From contig JAHKAJ010000025.1 in assembly GCA_018826075.1 (NCBI GenBank), positions 37,608 through 101,607 on the forward strand: a DNA stretch of 64,000 bases, written 5' to 3'. Both the position numbers and the translations under genes were made by a program. Source of the DNA: Candidatus Omnitrophota bacterium. Its GTDB lineage: Bacteria; Omnitrophota; Gorgyraeia; Duberdicusellales; 4484-171. Positions 46,519-55,758 of this stretch are shown here, in pieces; positions within the stretch are counted from its first letter, which is position 1, and each line of letters begins with the position of its first letter. The notes under the pieces were generated by a model. The model did no database searches. It was not told the origin of the DNA and was given only the letters and a program-made list of their open reading frames with translations.

Positions 46519-47076
46519 CTAACAGCCATGATTAATTAGGTAGACAAAGACATCTGAGTCGTAACGAAAAAGGCCTTTGTTTTCCCCGGCAGGATCATTA
46601 CCGTCTATGATTTTGTCTATTTTCTCTCCTAATGCTTGAAACGCAGTCGTACCCATATCCGTATCGGTTATCCGGAAAACTACGTTGACTCCGGTTTCTA
46701 TATCACCACCATCAATAAAGCAATCGCCCTCATTGTCGTATCCGTAGGGTGCACCCCAAGGATTAGGAATCGCGGCTTCAATATAAGGTCCATCCCATCC
46801 AGGTAAGTTAAGTACATTTTGTGCTACATCGGTATTCTCTATAGTCATAAGATTAGATCCGTAATCAGGGTTAGGCGCAGCGCCCTCTGTTGGAAACTTA
46901 CCCACATCAGTATAAAGAGAGAGAAAGGCAGTTCTAATAGTTTTGAAATCGCTCACTATCCGCGAAACCTTCGCCTTTTCAATAGCCTTAAAGGCATTGG
47001 GGGCGATGATAGCGGCAAGAATGGCGATGATAGCGATGACTACGATCAATTCGATTAAAGTAAATGTTTTTTTCAT
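46519..47076 (-). CDS. GspG-like pseudopilin/pilin
   Basis: MKKT|FTLIELIVV, W.GPY and NPWG.PY motifs; start corrected to ATG 47076. Confidence 0.85.
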   Translation of the reverse strand: MKKTFTLIELIVVIAIIAILAAIIAPNAFKAIEKAKVSRIVSDFKTIRTAFLSLYTDVGKFPTEGAAPNPDYGSNLMTIENTDVAQNVLNLPGWDGPYIEAAIPNPWGAPYGYDNEGDCFIDGGDIETGVNVVFRITDTDMGTTAFQALGEKIDKIIDGNDPAGENKGLFRYDSDVFVYLINHGC

Positions 47077-47093
47077 ATTAATTATTTTACCAC

Positions 47094-47163
47094 ATCTAAC
47101 GTCGTGCATAAGTGGCCAAGCGAAAGAGAGGTCCAAGCCGCGAACTCGATGCGCTTGTTAGCC
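47094..47163 (-). other. Integron attC site (best preserved of three)
   Basis: R'' GGCTAAC, 5 nt, L'' CATCGAGT ... L' ACTTATG, 6 nt, R' GTTAGAT; extra C at L'' position 4; directly after a stop codon. Confidence 0.75.
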
Positions 47164-47168
47164 TGTTG

Positions 47169-47426
47169 CTATGGCTCAAGCTCAACTGTTTCGCCTTCGA
47201 TAAATTTCTTTCGGTCATCACCATTTTCTAAATAAAAACAGAATATATCTAAATCAGGGCTACCATCTTTCTTCAATGCCCTTGGTTGCGAAATAGACCT
47301 TTTTATCGGGCACCCCCCGAGAGTCGGGGAATTCCCAAGCTCAATATTATATTCTTCAAGTTGCCTTACAAATATCCCAGTAGGCTTGCCTTCCAATACA
47401 TATTCGACTGTAAATTTGTATTTCAT
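47169..47426 (-). CDS. Hypothetical protein (gene cassette)
   Basis: 85-aa ORF bounded by attC-like sites. Confidence 0.65.
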   Translation of the reverse strand: MKYKFTVEYVLEGKPTGIFVRQLEEYNIELGNSPTLGGCPIKRSISQPRALKKDGSPDLDIFCFYLENGDDRKKFIEGETVELEP

Positions 47427-47437
47427 TTTTTTTATTA

Positions 47438-47513
47438 AGCTAACACAAAAATCAGCTGTCAGCCGAGCCAGCTATATTCGACAGCGAGGATGGTCGGCTG
47501 GATGGAGTTGCTT
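47438..47513 (-). other. Degenerate attC site
   Basis: R' GTTAGCT with CATCCAGC/GCTGATT L boxes; shares CTGATTTTTGTGTTAG with the site at 48121. Confidence 0.6.
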
Positions 47514-47568
47514 TTCTCATTCGTTCAATGCCCAATAGTTAAATTTTCTCACTCAAGAATCAACAGAA

Positions 47569-48096
47569 TCACTTAGTTGAAGAAATAAACTCAAGAGTTT
47601 CAAAACTCTTTTCAACCAAAGGGAGAAGCTGCGCAAATTCTTCTTTACCAGCTGAAAAGGTTACAACGATTTGCTTATTGTTTTTGAAAAATTGTATTTG
47701 CATATCCTTTCCATGCAAATTAGACGATGTAGACTTTATTGCCTCGAATCCGTTAAAATTAATGATTTCTACGGTGAGATATCCTGGCTGTCGCTTCATC
47801 GTTTCAACCATGTCTTTGAGGACGTCTATTTCCTTGCGGCTTGAAAAAATGATATCGTAACCCCCCGTTAAAAATACAAACCCTAAGAATGCTGATGAAT
47901 CAATATTCTCGGGTGAGAAATTAAGAATCGTATCGTGATCAAAATCTATGGTCTTCCATCCCTGCGGTGGAATAAATTTTATAGTTTCCGTGCCCATTAG
48001 GTAAATCCCATCAACAGCGGGTTCTTGCATGCTTTGTGCAAAACAAAAAGTACAAACTATTAAAGACATGAATAGAAAAGTAAAGCTTTTCTTCAT
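47569..48096 (-). CDS. Secreted protein, possibly PsbP/DcrB-like fold (gene cassette)
   Basis: Signal peptide (CFA|Q), FIPPQGW and terminal SFETLEF; AGGAGG RBS before ATG 48096. Confidence 0.6.
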   Translation of the reverse strand: MKKSFTFLFMSLIVCTFCFAQSMQEPAVDGIYLMGTETIKFIPPQGWKTIDFDHDTILNFSPENIDSSAFLGFVFLTGGYDIIFSSRKEIDVLKDMVETMKRQPGYLTVEIINFNGFEAIKSTSSNLHGKDMQIQFFKNNKQIVVTFSAGKEEFAQLLPLVEKSFETLEFISSTK

Positions 48097-48120
48097 TAAG
48101 CCTCCTTTTTTTATTTTTTC

Positions 48121-48187
48121 ATCTAACACAAAAATCAGTCGACCGACCAAACGAGAAAGTGCGCTAGGAGTATCAAGTGGATTACTT
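48121..48187 (-). other. Degenerate attC site
   Basis: R' GTTAGAT; R''-like AAGTAAT overlaps the stop codon of the upstream ORF; left arm eroded. Confidence 0.5.
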
Positions 48188-48628
48188 TATTATAAGTTTT
48201 TTTATTCTTAGAAGGTAAATAAATAATCCCAGCGCCACAATATTTACGCCGATTGACCACGGATTTTTAGAAAGAATAAAAAAAGAAAATTCAGCCCCTA
48301 ATTTAAAAAATATGCTGATGCGATTAAATGCTATCTCGGGAGTTAGATGAAAACCAGAAACAAAAAAATAAGTTACAATTGGCGATGATAACTTTACAAT
48401 TTGAATTCCTTGATAAACAATGGACAGTTTAATCCCGGTTTTTTGATCTTCAATAAGGCACAGTCCAGAGAAAACCCCGAATAAAAAAAACAATGCGAAC
48501 AATATAGAAACGAGAATATAAATAAGCTGCATTTGAGAGGAAAATAAAGCTGAAAGTATAATTACAAACCCTGTAAAACCTCCGCCAATCTCAAAAACAA
48601 TCAATAATCTTTTTATCCATTTATTCAT
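48182..48628 (-). CDS. AT-rich membrane protein (gene cassette)
   Basis: About 4 TM helices; AGGAGG RBS. Confidence 0.65.
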   Translation of the reverse strand: MNKWIKRLLIVFEIGGGFTGFVIILSALFSSQMQLIYILVSILFALFFLFGVFSGLCLIEDQKTGIKLSIVYQGIQIVKLSSPIVTYFFVSGFHLTPEIAFNRISIFFKLGAEFSFFILSKNPWSIGVNIVALGLFIYLLRIKKLIIK

Positions 48629-48752
48629 TTATTCCTCCTTATTTTTATTCTATTACTTATAGCAATTAGTAGACGACAGCTATGCTTTCTGTGATTTATA
48701 AAGTTTATAGGTAAATTATACCACTTTTTTAAGGTTTTTCATGTTGATTGCT

Positions 48753-49328
48753 TTATTTAAAATGTAATATGTCTTTAAGCGGCCTTTTGGGAACGTGCAG
48801 ACGGCCTTTTTTGTCCAGCCAATACTTAACCTTTTTGGAATCAGTTTCCAACTTGGGTTTTTCGTCCGAATAGCCGCAGGCGATCAATGAATCAATCAAA
48901 TAAATTTTAGGGATCTTGAAAATCTTTCTTAAGGCCTCTTTGTCAATACTGGCAATCCAGCAGGAGCCAATGCCTTCAGCCAATAATGACAAGATGATGT
49001 TTTCAGCAGCTGCTCCCACATCACGCAAGTCAGGATTCGGGGATTTTTTCTGGTTAGCTAAAATAATGATGTAAGCTGTGGGTCGTTTTCCCAGCGGCGG
49101 CATCCGCTTAGGATACAAATATCCGGCCCAGCGAGTCAAAGGAAATATCTTTTGGCATGGCTTTGGTTTATTTACTGCCAGGTATTCGATGAATTGCAAG
49201 TTTGCCGCTGAAGGCGCCAGGCGTCCGGCATTCACCGCCCGCTTTATCGCTGCTAAGGAAACTGGTCTTTGTTTAAACAGCCTGATCGAGCGGCGGGTGG
49301 TTATTAGTTTTTGTAGTTGGTTTTGCAT
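48753..49328 (-). CDS. Nitroreductase family protein
   Basis: RRSIR.F, APSAANLQ, D.G.A.EN and GIGSCW. Confidence 0.92.
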   Translation of the reverse strand: MQNQLQKLITTRRSIRLFKQRPVSLAAIKRAVNAGRLAPSAANLQFIEYLAVNKPKPCQKIFPLTRWAGYLYPKRMPPLGKRPTAYIIILANQKKSPNPDLRDVGAAAENIILSLLAEGIGSCWIASIDKEALRKIFKIPKIYLIDSLIACGYSDEKPKLETDSKKVKYWLDKKGRLHVPKRPLKDILHFK

Positions 49329-49359
49329 GGATGGCGCTTGTTACTCCAACCGGCTGCGC

Positions 49360-49411
49360 CACCTACGAGGAGTCCGCTGACTCGTATCTTATGGCGGACA
49401 CCTCGTAGGTG
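49360..49411. repeat. Inverted pair of CACCTACGAGG-family repeats
   Basis: cacctacgaggagtccgc / gcggacacctcgtaggtg, 17 of 18 complementary. Confidence 0.75.
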
Positions 49412-49418
49412 TAGACGG

Positions 49419-50495
49419 TTATTTGGGATAACCTGAGATTAAAATATCGTCTTTGATTCTTTCTATCTCGATATCGTTTAAAACTAAAGCCTTGTTCAAA
49501 AAAGCAATGCCCTCGGCGCCGATAGAGGTTAAGGCGGTTTTACCGCCGATTATTTTAGGAGCGATGAACAAAAAAACTTTATCCACAGCTTTAGCGTCAA
49601 CAAATCTGCCGATAGTCTCTGCACCACCTTCGACGAAAACCGACATGATTCCACATTTGTAGAGTGCTTTTAAGATTGCTCTTACGGAGAGCTTTCCGGA
49701 TTTATCTTTTTTTAGATAGACCAGCCTCACTGCTTTGGGTATTTTTCTGGCTTTTGGCTTACTGCTTAAGGCAGTCACGATTATTAACTTCTCCGGGTGA
49801 TGGTTTACAATGAAAGCCTTTTGAGGAATCCTTAAATCCGGGTCGATTACCACCTTAAAAGGAATTCTTTTTAAACCTTTTAAGCCGGGGTTATCTTTAA
49901 CTACAGTGTTTACACCGACTAAAACCGCATCGTATTTATCACGTAAAATCTTGGCTCTCCGGCGGGACTTTTCATTAGTAATCCATTGGGATTGGCCGCT
50001 GGCAGTTACCGTCTTTCCGTCTAAGCTTTGGGCCACTTTTACCACCACAAAAGGCAAAGCCTGTTTGATGTTTTTAAAAAACACTTCATTAAGCTTTACA
50101 GCTTGTTTTTGACCCAAACCTAAGCTGACTTGAATACCGGCTTTCTTAAGTTTAGCTATGGATTTACCATTTACTTTCGGGTTAGGATCTTTAACCGCAA
50201 TAACCACTTTTTTAAACTTTCTCTTGAGCAGTTCATCCAAACAAGGCGGAGTTTTTCCGAAATGACAACAAGGCTCTAAATTGATATAAACAGTTGACCC
50301 TTTTAAATCTTTAAGTTTAGCTTTTCTGATGGCTTCGATTTCAGCATGAGGAAAACCGGATTTTTTATGATAGCCTTCGGCAATAATTCTTTTACCCTTT
50401 ACAATCACCGCACCGACTAAAGGATTGGGCGAAACAAAACCTTCTCCCTTTTTAGCTAAAAAAAGAGCACGCTGGATAAAATAATTTTCCGGCAT
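49419..50495 (-). CDS. ribD: Riboflavin biosynthesis deaminase/reductase
   Basis: PNPLVGA, HAE, LEPCCH.GKTPPC, SLDGK and VEGG. Confidence 0.96.
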   Translation of the reverse strand: MPENYFIQRALFLAKKGEGFVSPNPLVGAVIVKGKRIIAEGYHKKSGFPHAEIEAIRKAKLKDLKGSTVYINLEPCCHFGKTPPCLDELLKRKFKKVVIAVKDPNPKVNGKSIAKLKKAGIQVSLGLGQKQAVKLNEVFFKNIKQALPFVVVKVAQSLDGKTVTASGQSQWITNEKSRRRAKILRDKYDAVLVGVNTVVKDNPGLKGLKRIPFKVVIDPDLRIPQKAFIVNHHPEKLIIVTALSSKPKARKIPKAVRLVYLKKDKSGKLSVRAILKALYKCGIMSVFVEGGAETIGRFVDAKAVDKVFLFIAPKIIGGKTALTSIGAEGIAFLNKALVLNDIEIERIKDDILISGYPK

Positions 50496-50498
50496 AAT

Positions 50499-51344
50499 CT
50501 ATGAGTATTTCAGAACCTGGCGGCGGGACTTCATCTCCTCAACCCACTGATAAGGAACCGTGACTTTACCGATCTTGGTAAACTCTTTATAGCTGCCATG
50601 GGCATCAGAACCGCCGCTTTTAAGCAAGCTGTGTTTTTTTACCATATCACTGTAGAGCAATTTTTTAGCCTGAGACATACTGGAGTAAGCCAGTTCTAAA
50701 CCATCTATTCCCGAAGAAATAAACTCCTCTATCCATTGCTGGTTGGGGATTATGTGCGGATGGGCCAGAAATGAAAGCCCCTGATATTGCCTGATCAAAG
50801 CAGCGGCCTCTCCTACCGAATATTTGAAGCGGGCCCGGTAAGCCGGTTTACCCGGTGAAAGGTATTTACGAAAAGCCTCATAAAGCGAAGTAACTATTCC
50901 TTTATTCAAAAGATATAGGGCTAAGTGCAGACGAGTGGGTATGGTGTCACCGACTTTAGCCATCAACTCCTGGCTGTCTACGTTTAAGCCCAGGGACGCT
51001 AAAATATCAGCCATCTCGATCAAGCGGCTGCGGCGCAGCAACTTGATCTTTTCTAATTCCTGGCTTAGCTGGGGGTTATCCGAATCAATAAAATACCCTA
51101 AAACATGGACTTCCACATCTTGATGCTGAGCACTCAATTCAATCGCTTCAATCAATTCAACGCCGTATTCCCGACTGCAGATACGCGCCTGGTTTACTCC
51201 GCCGACAGTGTCATGGTCAGTCAAAGCAATACAGCGCAAACTTTTTTCTTTAGCTTGCTTAAAAATATTCTCAACCGTAAGGTCACTGTCGGAAAACTTA
51301 GAATGGATATGTAAATCGCAAAGGTTATCGGTGATCTCACTCAT
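50499..51344 (-). CDS. PHP-domain phosphoesterase (TrpH/YciV-like)
   Basis: DLHIHS..SD, TDHDT, AHP and GGSDAHG. Confidence 0.92.
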   Translation of the reverse strand: MSEITDNLCDLHIHSKFSDSDLTVENIFKQAKEKSLRCIALTDHDTVGGVNQARICSREYGVELIEAIELSAQHQDVEVHVLGYFIDSDNPQLSQELEKIKLLRRSRLIEMADILASLGLNVDSQELMAKVGDTIPTRLHLALYLLNKGIVTSLYEAFRKYLSPGKPAYRARFKYSVGEAAALIRQYQGLSFLAHPHIIPNQQWIEEFISSGIDGLELAYSSMSQAKKLLYSDMVKKHSLLKSGGSDAHGSYKEFTKIGKVTVPYQWVEEMKSRRQVLKYS

Positions 51345-51756
51345 TTTTAAGCTTATCCTCGGCTTTATATATTTTATCTAACACACCGTTAACAAAACGC
51401 GGCGAATCCATATCGCCAAAGCGCTTAGCCAGCTCGATTGCCTCGTTGATCGAAACTTTGGGAGGAATATCATCAAGAAAGGTCAATTCAAAACAGGCTA
51501 TCCTCAAAATATTACGGTCAATAACCGCCATCCGGTCGATGCCCCAGTTTTTTACGTATTTTTTTATCAACGAATCGATCTGGACTGAATTCTTAAGCAC
51601 GCCGTCTAATAAAATCCAGGAAAAATCAATTACTTCCTGTTTCTGGGGGTATTGTTGTAGATAACCGTCTCGGGCTTGGGCAGGATCAGCTTTAGACAAC
51701 TCTATTTGATAAAGAAGGCATAAGGCGATCTCTCTTGATTTTGTTCTTAAACGCAT
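51337..51756 (-). CDS. nusB: Transcription antitermination factor NusB
   Basis: R..SRE.A...LYQ, DRNILR, INEAIELAK.F and FVNGVLD. Confidence 0.96.
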   Translation of the reverse strand: MRLRTKSREIALCLLYQIELSKADPAQARDGYLQQYPQKQEVIDFSWILLDGVLKNSVQIDSLIKKYVKNWGIDRMAVIDRNILRIACFELTFLDDIPPKVSINEAIELAKRFGDMDSPRFVNGVLDKIYKAEDKLKNE

Positions 51757-52214
51757 TAAAGTTGCGAATAAATGTCAGCCATTTCTAAGGCTGAGAGAGC
51801 AGCATCGCGGCCTTTATTGCCCTGTTTGGTTCCTGAACGCTCCACAGCCTGTTCAACTGTGTCAGCAGTAATCACGCCAAAAACTACCGGAACCTTTTTA
51901 TCCTGGGCAAACCGGGCAACGCCTTTAGAAACTTCCGAAGCGATATAGTCAAAATGCGGGGTCTCACCGCGGATAACCGCGCCCAAAGCAATAACCGCAT
52001 CAAACTTTTTAGTATCCAATTTGCTTAACACTTGGGGTATCTCGAAAGCACCCGGCGTCCAGATAACCGAAATATTATCATCGCCTACCCCTGATTTCTT
52101 TAAAGCATCAAGGCATCCCGAAAGCAGCTGATTTGAGATAAATTCATTAAACCGGGAAACAACGATCGCTATCTTCTTTCCTTTACCCGAAAAATTTCCT
52201 CTTATCTCTTTCAT
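51756..52214 (-). CDS. ribH: Lumazine synthase
   Basis: SRFN, PGAFEIP, IRGETPHF and NKG. Confidence 0.97.
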   Translation of the reverse strand: MKEIRGNFSGKGKKIAIVVSRFNEFISNQLLSGCLDALKKSGVGDDNISVIWTPGAFEIPQVLSKLDTKKFDAVIALGAVIRGETPHFDYIASEVSKGVARFAQDKKVPVVFGVITADTVEQAVERSGTKQGNKGRDAALSALEMADIYSQL

Positions 52215-52230
52215 TTTTTAACCTCCCTCT

Positions 52231-53418
52231 CTATAAAATATGGTCAAGTTTTTCTTTTTTAGTTTTAAGATAACGCTGGTTATCACAATGAGCCGGGCTT
52301 TTTATCGGTATCCGCTCGACGATCTCCAAACCATAACCTTCCAGGCCGATTATTTTCTTAGGGTTATTGGTCAAAAGCCTAATCTTAGTCACTCCCAAAT
52401 CAACTAAGATCTGGGCTCCGATGCCATAATCGCGCAAATCAGAAGCAAAACCTAAACTTTGATTCGCCTCAACAGTATCATGGCCCTGTTCCTGTAAAGA
52501 GTAAGCTTTCATCTTGGCTTTTAGACCAATGCCTCGTCCTTCCTGACGCATGTAAAGCAGCACGCCCCCAGAGGACCCGATCATCTCTAATGACTGATCG
52601 AGTTGGCGGCCGCAATCGCAACGCCGCGAAGTAAAAATATCTCCGGTAAGGCACTCTGAATGCACGCGCACAGTTACCGGATCTTTTCCGATATCGCCTT
52701 TGACCAAAGCCAGATGTTCGGAACAATCCAGAAGAGATTCATAAAGAAAAAGCTTAAAATCTCCGTAGTCAGTGGGTAAATTTACTTGAGTAACCAGCTT
52801 TACCAATTTTTCACTTTTCCGACGATGTTCGATCAAAGAAGCAATAGTGCATATTTTCAAATTATGTTTTTTGGCAAACTCGATTAGATCAGGAAGACGG
52901 GCCATTGAACCGTCAGGATTGATGATCTCACAGATCACTCCTGCCGGATAGACTCCGGCCAGTTTAGCTAAATCTACGGCGGCTTCAGTATGACCGGCTC
53001 TAATCAACACTCCTCCTTCACGGGCCTCCAAAGGAAAAATATGGCCGGGTTTTACTAAATCACTGTTTTTTGATTTTGAATCGATTAAAACCGAGATAGT
53101 CCTTGAACGATCAAATGCAGAAATCCCGGTGGTGACACCGGTCTTAGCATCAACCGACACCCGCCAGGCGGTCTTAAAAGGGTCACCAGGAAGCTCCCGG
53201 TGCATCGGCTCTAAGGCCAACTCCTCGATCCGGCTGTGTTCCAGAGGCACACAAACCAGGCCTCTTGCCTCTTTAATCATAAAGTTGATGATTTCCGGCC
53301 GGGCAAATTGAGCACAAACCACTAAATCGCCCTCGTTTTCCCTACCTTCATCATCCACCACAATGACCATCCGGCCCTGCCGTAGATCCTCTAAAATAGC
53401 GTTTATCGGGCTGAACAT
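52231..53418 (-). CDS. ribBA: Bifunctional DHBP synthase/GTP cyclohydrolase II
   Basis: [25 protein letters not shown]...RCDC and QEGRGIG; start at ATG 53418 (53430 also possible). Confidence 0.96.
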   Translation of the reverse strand: MFSPINAILEDLRQGRMVIVVDDEGRENEGDLVVCAQFARPEIINFMIKEARGLVCVPLEHSRIEELALEPMHRELPGDPFKTAWRVSVDAKTGVTTGISAFDRSRTISVLIDSKSKNSDLVKPGHIFPLEAREGGVLIRAGHTEAAVDLAKLAGVYPAGVICEIINPDGSMARLPDLIEFAKKHNLKICTIASLIEHRRKSEKLVKLVTQVNLPTDYGDFKLFLYESLLDCSEHLALVKGDIGKDPVTVRVHSECLTGDIFTSRRCDCGRQLDQSLEMIGSSGGVLLYMRQEGRGIGLKAKMKAYSLQEQGHDTVEANQSLGFASDLRDYGIGAQILVDLGVTKIRLLTNNPKKIIGLEGYGLEIVERIPIKSPAHCDNQRYLKTKKEKLDHIL

Positions 53419-53531
53419 AGTAAAATACATTAACTCATACCGCTAAAATTGTCAAGGCATTTTAGGCTTTGAGCAAACAAACCTAAGCCAATAACTTATT
53501 TGGAGTTAAAGAGTTAAAAAACGAGGGATGA

Positions 53532-53942
53532 TTAACGTTTGGTCCACTGGAATCTTCGACGAGCGCCTTTACGACCGTATTTTTTACGCTCTTTAGCACG
53601 GGGATCGCGGGTAAGCAGGTCTTCCCGGCGCAAGGTGCTGCGCAGCTGAGGGTCTAATTTAACCAAGCAGCGAGATATGCCTAAACTCACTGCTCCGGCC
53701 TGGCCGCTAAGCCCACCGCCCCTGACCCTGGCTAAAACATCCATCTTGTCAATGGCTTCGATCACTAAAAGGGCTTTTTTGACTTGAGCCTGGTTGTCAA
53801 CAGTAGCAAAATAACTGTTCAGTTGTTTGCCGTTGATGACGATTTTTCCCTTGCCTTGGGGAATAAGACGCACACAAGCTACAGCCTCTTTTCTGCGGCC
53901 GGTAGCGGAAAATATTTCTTTGGGTTTTTCTTTCATAGTCAT
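53532..53942 (-). CDS. rpsI: 30S ribosomal protein uS9
   Basis: TGRRK, GGGLSGQAGA and LTRDPRAKERKKYG. Confidence 0.98.
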   Translation of the reverse strand: MTMKEKPKEIFSATGRRKEAVACVRLIPQGKGKIVINGKQLNSYFATVDNQAQVKKALLVIEAIDKMDVLARVRGGGLSGQAGAVSLGISRCLVKLDPQLRSTLRREDLLTRDPRAKERKKYGRKGARRRFQWTKR

Positions 53943-54364
53943 AAGTTGATTACTTGCGGCTTTTGAGCTTGTTGATCGTGATCACCTTCAGCATAAACCT
54001 TTAATGATTTAATCATTACCCGACCTAGATTATTCCTGGGAAGCATGCCCTTGATTGCCGTGTAAACCACCTTGGTGGGATTCTTCTTCATCAAGTCTCT
54101 CAAACTCATATTCTTTAAACCGCCGGGATAACCGGAATAACGGTCGTAAATTTTAGTATTATACTTATTGGCCGTAAGCTTTACATGGCGGGCATTGATT
54201 ACTATAACTCTATCTCCGCAAATAGCATTAGGTGTATATATCGGCTTATGCTTACCTTGCAAAACCCTGGCTATTCTGGTAGCCAGCCGGCCTAAAACTT
54301 TATCTTTGGCATCGACTACTACCCATTTTTCCTGGCAAGAGCTGAAAAATTTAGTCTTTTTCAT
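53939..54364 (-). CDS. rplM: 50S ribosomal protein uL13
   Basis: WVVVDA...LGRLA, GKHKP.YTP, SGYPGG and GMLP; start corrected to ATG 54364. Confidence 0.97.
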   Translation of the reverse strand: MKKTKFFSSCQEKWVVVDAKDKVLGRLATRIARVLQGKHKPIYTPNAICGDRVIVINARHVKLTANKYNTKIYDRYSGYPGGLKNMSLRDLMKKNPTKVVYTAIKGMLPRNNLGRVMIKSLKVYAEGDHDQQAQKPQVINL

Positions 54365-54371
54365 AGGGGAA

Positions 54372-54399
54372 AATATACCATGTTTTGAAAGATTGTCAA
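54372..54399 (-). promoter_or_regulatory. rplM promoter
   Basis: TTGACA-N16-TATATT with extended TG; ATG lies 7 nt downstream. Confidence 0.65.
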
Positions 54400-54425
54400 C
54401 AGATAAAAACAAATAGGTCAACTGG

Positions 54426-55139
54426 TTAAAGCAGGGCTTTAGCTTGAGGAATGGTAAATTTCTCTTCGTAAAGGGCTTTTCCGGCAATAACCCCCCAAAG
54501 AAAAGGAGCTGATTTTTTTAGCTGTTTTAAGTCCTCTAAGGAAGCTACTCCTCCGGAAGCAATAAAATTCATCTGGCTAAATGTGGACAACCCCGATATC
54601 TGTTGGTAATTCATGCCCTTTAAAGTGCCGTCCCGGGAAATGTCAGTATAGATTACCCAGGTTATTCCTTTCAATTGAAGATAAGCAATAAAATCCAAGC
54701 CGCTGAAATCAGTCTTTTCCTTCCAGCCGTTTATGGCCAAACAGGAATCCAAAACATCTACGCCAATAGCGATTCTTTCCTTATCAATTGATCCCAAAAG
54801 CTGATTAAGAAAATCTTCATCTAAAGCTTTAGTGCCGATGATGATTCGTTTAGCCCCTAAAGACAAAAGTTTTTTGGCTTTCTTAATGTCGCGTATGCCT
54901 CCGCCGACCTGAATCTCAATATCCAGCTGGTCGATAATATTTTTTATTATCTCTGAATTATCGCCCTGGCCTAAAGCCGCTGAAAGATCGACCAGATGAA
55001 GAAGTTCTGCCCCTTGGTCTTGCCATTTCCTGGCTATTGATAAAGGGTCGTCACTGTAAGTCTTAGAACGATTGGGATCTCCTTTAGTCAAGCGGACGAC
55101 TTTTTCCTGGTATAGATCAATGGCCGGAATTATCTTCAT
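54426..55139 (-). CDS. hisA: ProFAR isomerase
   Basis: IIPAID, HLVDL, VGGGIR, TDISRDGTL and ASGGV. Confidence 0.96.
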   Translation of the reverse strand: MKIIPAIDLYQEKVVRLTKGDPNRSKTYSDDPLSIARKWQDQGAELLHLVDLSAALGQGDNSEIIKNIIDQLDIEIQVGGGIRDIKKAKKLLSLGAKRIIIGTKALDEDFLNQLLGSIDKERIAIGVDVLDSCLAINGWKEKTDFSGLDFIAYLQLKGITWVIYTDISRDGTLKGMNYQQISGLSTFSQMNFIASGGVASLEDLKQLKKSAPFLWGVIAGKALYEEKFTIPQAKALL

Positions 55140-55756
55140 AACTTTAAAAAATTATCCAAAAGGCGAAGGCCCTGGCTCTGGCTTTTTTCGAGGTGAAACT
55201 GCACTGCCCAAACATTTTCTTTATTAATACTTGAGGCAAATTCAACCCCGTAATCAGTAGTGGTGGCAATTATGCTTTTATCTTTAGGCTGACAATAATA
55301 GGAGTGTACGAAATAAAAAAAACTTTTATCCTTAATCCCTTTAAATAAATTATCTTGCTTCTCTGTCTCTTTGCTTCTTTGTTTCTTAATTTGATTCCAT
55401 CCCATATGCGGCACAGCTAAAGACTTGCTGCTGAATCTTTTAACTTTACCCTTAAACAAAGCCAAACCTTTTATTCCCGGCGCCTCTGAACTCTCTTCAA
55501 ACAATATCTGCATACCCAGGCAAATACCTAAAAAAGGAACACCAGCCTTAGCTTTTTCCTGAAGCAGCGAAAAAAGTTTTCTTTTTTTCAGTTCTTTTAC
55601 TGCCCGGCCAAAGTGGCCGACCCCGGGAAAAATAATCTTAGTGGCTTTCTCTAATACCTTAGGACTGTCGCTGACTTTAGCAGTTTTCCCCAAAAGCTTA
55701 CAGGCATTAACCACGCTCTTTAAATTCCCCATCCCGTAATCAACCACTACTATCAT
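55136..55756 (-). CDS. hisH: IGP synthase glutaminase subunit
   Basis: DYGMGN, PGVG, GICLGMQ, PHMGWN, YFVHSY and QFHLEKS. Confidence 0.95.
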   Translation of the reverse strand: MIVVVDYGMGNLKSVVNACKLLGKTAKVSDSPKVLEKATKIIFPGVGHFGRAVKELKKRKLFSLLQEKAKAGVPFLGICLGMQILFEESSEAPGIKGLALFKGKVKRFSSKSLAVPHMGWNQIKKQRSKETEKQDNLFKGIKDKSFFYFVHSYYCQPKDKSIIATTTDYGVEFASSINKENVWAVQFHLEKSQSQGLRLLDNFLKL

Positions 55757-55758
55757 CG

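Noticed and set aside
47077-47136. N-terminal extension of the GspG-like pilin (and similarly of 47569-48150)
   Set aside because: The extensions run through attC-like sites; downstream ATGs fit the prepilin or signal-peptide pattern.
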